Shown here: positions 16,702 through 20,000 of the stretch, piece by piece
Layout of the letters: each line of letters starts with the position of its first letter
Position numbering within the stretch: position 1 is the first letter of the stretch
Virus record (IMG/VR): IMGVR_UViG_3300030000_000004
Source: an uncultured virus (IMG/VR IMGVR_UViG_3300030000_000004)
Lineage: Duplodnaviria > Heunggongvirae > Uroviricota > Caudoviricetes
DNA length: 20,000 bases
Direction: 5' to 3' (one strand)
Notes under the pieces: generated by a model
The model's database searches: none
What the model was told of the DNA's origin: nothing
What the model saw: only the letters and a program-made list of their open reading frames with translations
Translations under genes and position numbers: made by a program

Positions 16702-16844
16702 TGTCAGCAGTAATTCATATAATGGGGATGCATAAATCGTTAGGATATTACAAATATAGTTCATACGATCGTCCCCCAAAGAAACCAAAGAAGCCCAAGT
16801 TGTGGAAAAGGATTTCTATGTGGTTGAAAAATAAGTTCAAATAA
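16701..16844 (+). CDS. Small basic protein (47 aa, MSAVIHIMG...KPKKPKLWKRISMWLKNKFK); not in ORF track
   Basis: TGATG coupling to the upstream stop, GAAAG upstream; ends just before the next promoter. Confidence 0.5.
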   Translation: MSAVIHIMGMHKSLGYYKYSSYDRPPKKPKKPKLWKRISMWLKNKFK

Positions 16845-16847
16845 CAT

Positions 16848-16876
16848 TTTACTTTTGTCAGGCTGTAGAGTATAAT
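16848..16876 (+). promoter_or_regulatory. Sigma70-like phage early promoter (repeated cassette)
   Basis: TTTACT-17 (contains CAGG)-TATAAT-ACATCAT; leader TAGAAAGTTCAAAATG. Confidence 0.8.
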
Positions 16877-16908
16877 ACATCATCGACAAATTAAATAGAA
16901 AGTTCAAA

Positions 16909-17247
16909 ATGGCATATCCAAAAAACTCCTGGGCTATTCTTTCAGCTTCTTGCTTGTTCTCTTCAACAAAAGTCACTCTTGAACAAGTGATGAAGGAATG
17001 GGAAAAAGGAACAATTCTTGTTTGTGAAAAACCGAATGGTTCAGTGGGTTTTATTGCCGGTAGTCAAGGTCACTATTGTGATATTGGTACCCGTCATAAA
17101 TGTCATCATGATCAAACTCTTGCAAATCTCGGTATGTGGGAAGTTAAAAACATTATCAATTACGAAACTATTGATGGTCTCTTGAATAGCACTGCAACTA
17201 TTCCAGTTGCACTGACTCAAAAGGGAACAATCGCAGTATTCAAATGA
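16909..17247 (+). CDS. Hypothetical protein (112 aa)
   Basis: Directly after the promoter cassette. Confidence 0.72.
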   Translation: MAYPKNSWAILSASCLFSSTKVTLEQVMKEWEKGTILVCEKPNGSVGFIAGSQGHYCDIGTRHKCHHDQTLANLGMWEVKNIINYETIDGLLNSTATIPVALTQKGTIAVFK

Positions 17248-17759
17248 AAACTCTACTATCAACAGAACTAAAAGAAAAAGTCACAGCTAGAATACAAGAA
17301 TGTTTGGATATTGCTGAGAAGACTTTTGGACAAAAATTTGACTTGCCACTCGTGCGATATGATATCAGATCGACTGTTGGTGGTATAGCAACCTTTTCGA
17401 AATGGCGAGTAAGATTTAATCTCATTTTCTTGGTTGAAAATGAAGATGAATACTTGCAGCAGGTGGTTCCACATGAGGTGGCGCATCTGATTAATCGTAA
17501 GGTAAATAAAGTACCTGATGGTAGAAAACGTTTGAGTTCTCATGGAAAAGAATGGGCACAGGTTATGGAACTGTTCGGTTTGAAACCAGACGTTACCCAT
17601 TGTTTCGATTGCACCTCTATTGAACCTCGAATTAAAGAGGATAAACCTATCATTAAAGTTTCTAAAGTTCAACGCATCATCACTCAAATGCGAAAGCTTG
17701 ACGATGATGAAAAGGCATATTTAGTGGATCGCATTGATAATGGTGCACTGTACGATTAG
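17244..17759 (+). CDS. sprT: SprT-like zinc metalloprotease
   Basis: GGIA...RFN...VVPHEVAH (HExxH)...HGKEWAQVM...H. Confidence 0.85.
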   Translation: MKTLLSTELKEKVTARIQECLDIAEKTFGQKFDLPLVRYDIRSTVGGIATFSKWRVRFNLIFLVENEDEYLQQVVPHEVAHLINRKVNKVPDGRKRLSSHGKEWAQVMELFGLKPDVTHCFDCTSIEPRIKEDKPIIKVSKVQRIITQMRKLDDDEKAYLVDRIDNGALYD

Positions 17760-17764
17760 TTTTG

Positions 17765-17790
17765 TGATATAATAACATCATACCAACTTA
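17765..17790 (+). promoter_or_regulatory. Extended -10 promoter (repeated cassette)
   Basis: TGATATAAT-AACATCATACCAACTTA; 23 nt identical to 15766-15788. Confidence 0.75.
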
Positions 17791-17805
17791 TCATTGAAAG
17801 TTCAT

Positions 17806-18000
17806 ATGGCTAAATCTGTTAAATCAAAAATCAAACCACTTAAAAATGGTAAGTATTTGGTTATTTTAAGTCAGGATTCAAGTGCTTGGGTTGTGTGTGG
17901 TCATAATTGTGCTGCTCGTGTTCCTAAAACTCTTTGTGATAAAGAAGAGGTTGTTGAATTTTCACTCTCACATCTTGAATATTGGATCCAGAGCTCTTAA
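17806..18000 (+). CDS. Hypothetical protein (64 aa)
   Basis: GAAAGTTCATATG leader after the promoter. Confidence 0.68.
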   Translation: MAKSVKSKIKPLKNGKYLVILSQDSSAWVVCGHNCAARVPKTLCDKEEVVEFSLSHLEYWIQSS

Positions 18001-18031
18001 TCAAAACTAATTTCAAACAGAAAGGTTCTTT

Positions 18032-18382
18032 ATGGTAATCACATCAATAGTTGGTTTGGTTAAAACGTACGGTGTTAAAAACATCTGTTTCCAAATTCCA
18101 ATGTCAAAGCTTGAACTTGCAGGAATCATTCCTGGCATTGCATTCAAGAGCAGTGATTCTCCAATGGAACCTACATTGTGCACAATCAGTGAAGATCGTT
18201 TTGACGTCAAAGATCACTACAAAATAACACTTGTTGCCGTAAATCCTATCTTTGGTAAAGAGCATTTTTATCAGATGGATCTTGAAAGTCTACTGAAAGA
18301 TCACAGTGATGAATATAAAGTTTTCTATCTCAGTATTGCTGAAGATGGTGGCGATTATTTCACTCAAATCAAATTCGAATAA
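18032..18382 (+). CDS. Hypothetical protein (116 aa)
   Basis: AGAAAGG RBS. Confidence 0.72.
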   Translation: MVITSIVGLVKTYGVKNICFQIPMSKLELAGIIPGIAFKSSDSPMEPTLCTISEDRFDVKDHYKITLVAVNPIFGKEHFYQMDLESLLKDHSDEYKVFYLSIAEDGGDYFTQIKFE

Positions 18383-18392
18383 AGGAAAAAAC

Positions 18393-18701
18393 ATGACAAA
18401 TTTCGTAACAGTGATGTTATCATTATTTTTATGTATCAATACTGTAAATGCAAAAACTTGGGATGAATTGACATATTCAGAAAAATATGAGTATAAATTA
18501 GCAGTATGTATTATCTATCTACAGCTTGATCCAATCAAAAATAAAGACAAGATTAAAACTGCAAGACGCCAATCTAGCTTCTCTGATAAAATACATCAAG
18601 AAAAACTAATTGATCTTTCTAAGTATTACAATCAACATAAAAATGAACTTAGTGAGTTAGGCCCCCTTGGTTGTGTTGAGGTTGAGATTAATCCATATTA
18701 G
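18393..18701 (+). CDS. Hypothetical secreted protein (102 aa)
   Basis: AAAGGA RBS; signal-peptide-like MTNFVTVMLSLFLCINTVNA. Confidence 0.6.
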   Translation: MTNFVTVMLSLFLCINTVNAKTWDELTYSEKYEYKLAVCIIYLQLDPIKNKDKIKTARRQSSFSDKIHQEKLIDLSKYYNQHKNELSELGPLGCVEVEINPY

Positions 18702-18718
18702 GGATTTGATTGCTAGTT

Positions 18719-18748
18719 TCCCATAAATAACTAAAATTATTTATGGGA
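18719..18748 (+). promoter_or_regulatory. RBS-sequestering hairpin containing a late-promoter-like motif
   Basis: Perfect 12-bp inverted repeat TCCCATAAATAA-ctaaaa-TTATTTATGGGA. The 5' arm holds CATAAATA and the 3' arm covers GGGA(G). Confidence 0.8.
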
Positions 18749-18755
18749 GTAAAAT

Positions 18756-19616
18756 ATGTTTCACTATGTCTATAGAATAGATAATCTAATAAATGGAAGA
18801 TTTTATATCGGGGTTCATTCAACAGATAAAAATCCGGAGAATGATAATTATTGGGGGTCTGGTAAGAGTATAAAAAGTGCTATTACTAAACATGGTAAAG
18901 AAAATTTTGTTAAAACTGTTTTGGGATGTTTTGACTCAAGAAAAGATGCTGATCTCAAAGAAAAAGAACTAGTGAATGCTAAGACATTAGCAAACAGACG
19001 GTGCTATAATATAGTTCTTGGCGGAGGAGGTAATGCGTGGACAGGAAAGTCACGAGGGGTAGTGAAAAGAAAGCCACACTCTGAAGAAACAAAATCGAAA
19101 ATAAAAATTGCTCAGATTGGTAAATCTAAGCCAAAACATTCTATAGAATCAAATGTAGCAAAAAGTTTAAGACAGACGGGAAAACCTAATCTCTTTATGA
19201 GAAGTTTAGAAAGCAAGAAAGTTATAGAAAAAATTGCTAACACCGCTAAAAAAGATTATGCTTCTGGAAAAAGAATCCACCACTATAAAGGTAAGCATAG
19301 AAGTGAAGAAGACAAATTAAAAATAAGCAATTCATTAAAAGGAAATATTCCTTGGAATGTTGGGTTACCAATGTCAGAAAAACAGAGATGTATAATTTCT
19401 GATGCCAACAAAAATAAACATGTTAAAGTTGAAAAAGAACTAATAAAAATAAATCACACATATGATTCATTTAAAGAATGGGTGATAAGTGAATTTTTAT
19501 TGGGAAACGGTCCAATAAAAATTCTTAAAAAGATACCAGAACAGTGTATAATAACTGAAACACCAATCAAAAAGATTATCAAAGATTATAAGGAATCCAA
19601 ATGTCAAATTTTGTAG
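18756..19616 (+). CDS. Free-standing GIY-YIG homing endonuclease with NUMOD3-like repeats (Seg-like)
   Basis: YVYRIDN.INGRFYIG, YWGSG, F.K..L, E.E.V...YN...GG, then KPHSEETKSKI, KHSIES, KHRSEEDKLKISNSLKG, PWN.G. Confidence 0.9.
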   Translation: MFHYVYRIDNLINGRFYIGVHSTDKNPENDNYWGSGKSIKSAITKHGKENFVKTVLGCFDSRKDADLKEKELVNAKTLANRRCYNIVLGGGGNAWTGKSRGVVKRKPHSEETKSKIKIAQIGKSKPKHSIESNVAKSLRQTGKPNLFMRSLESKKVIEKIANTAKKDYASGKRIHHYKGKHRSEEDKLKISNSLKGNIPWNVGLPMSEKQRCIISDANKNKHVKVEKELIKINHTYDSFKEWVISEFLLGNGPIKILKKIPEQCIITETPIKKIIKDYKESKCQIL

Positions 19617-20000
19617 AAATTATCAAACAGTGTGAAAGTGCAAATGGTGCTGGCACCAAAAAAATGATTCAATCAGCATTATCAAATGCTGATGAAACAG
19701 CAAGAAAACTTATTATTGCTGCATTGAATCCATATGCAGTATATGGAGTTCGAAAATTTAACATGCCACAATCTGGTCCAGTGAATTCATCAAATGATGC
19801 ATATGATGAATTTTTCAATGTTTTGGATCGTTTGGTTTCTCGTGATTTGACTGGTGATGCTGCTCGAAATGCGGTCACTGGAACACTCGGCGGATTCTCT
19901 ATTGAAGAACAGAATTACATTGTTAGGGTTCTTGATAAAGATTTAAAGGCTGGATTCAGTGCAGAAACTGCTATGAAATCATGGGGCAAATTTGATACAT
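19601..20000 (+). CDS. ATP-dependent DNA ligase, N-terminal part (T4 gp30-like), truncated by the window end; not in ORF track
   Basis: AAGGA RBS, ATG 19601, frame open to the end: MSNFVEIIKQCES...ALNPYAVYGV...LDRLVSRDLTGDAARNAV...RVLDKDLKAGFS, resembling the gp30 N-domain. The catalytic KxDG motif is not in the window. Confidence 0.78.
   Translation, partial: MSNFVEIIKQCESANGAGTKKMIQSALSNADETARKLIIAALNPYAVYGVRKFNMPQSGPVNSSNDAYDEFFNVLDRLVSRDLTGDAARNAVTGTLGGFSIEEQNYIVRVLDKDLKAGFSAETAMKSWGKFDT

Noticed and set aside
244..19878. Numerous minus-strand and alternative-frame ORFs (e.g. 2543-2920, 3143-3628, 11164-11538, 15751-16254, 16445-16690, 17268-17687, 19669-19878)
   Set aside because: They are shadows of well-supported + strand genes, with no recognisable motifs.
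1..20000. Stop-codon reassignment (alternative genetic code)
   Set aside because: Recognisable genes are intact under code 11, and TAA, TGA and TAG all occur at plausible gene ends.
1..20000. CRISPR array, tRNA or rRNA genes
   Set aside because: No regularly spaced repeats or cloverleaf motifs were seen; intergenic gaps are short, and the repeated elements are dispersed promoter cassettes.

Overview
AT-rich, gene-dense, almost entirely + strand segment of a large T4-related/jumbo-type dsDNA bacteriophage genome. It carries a replication block (SF1 UvrD-like helicase, gp44-like and gp62-like clamp-loader subunits, a Zn-finger protein, the 5' end of a gp30-like DNA ligase), a GroES-like co-chaperonin and a membrane protein. 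It also has a tandem nucleotidyltransferase pair (CCA-adding enzyme plus RlaP/Pol-beta-like protein), a MazG-like/'FVFGSN' fusion, DUF4031, SprT, a GIY-YIG/NUMOD3 homing endonuclease and many small ORFs behind a repeated sigma70-like promoter cassette. The most striking element is a miniature DnaE (Pol III alpha)-like polymerase core encoded as two genes 4.6 kb apart (4144-4653 and 9255-9824), split just before the catalytic DxD and with no intein. Other signals: a perfect 12-bp hairpin that holds a late-promoter-like motif and covers the endonuclease RBS, a perfect 13-bp UUCG hairpin inside an opposite-strand CDS, and a recurring (A)GAAAG ribosome-binding motif. All protein calls come from motif recognition by eye; no database searches were run.
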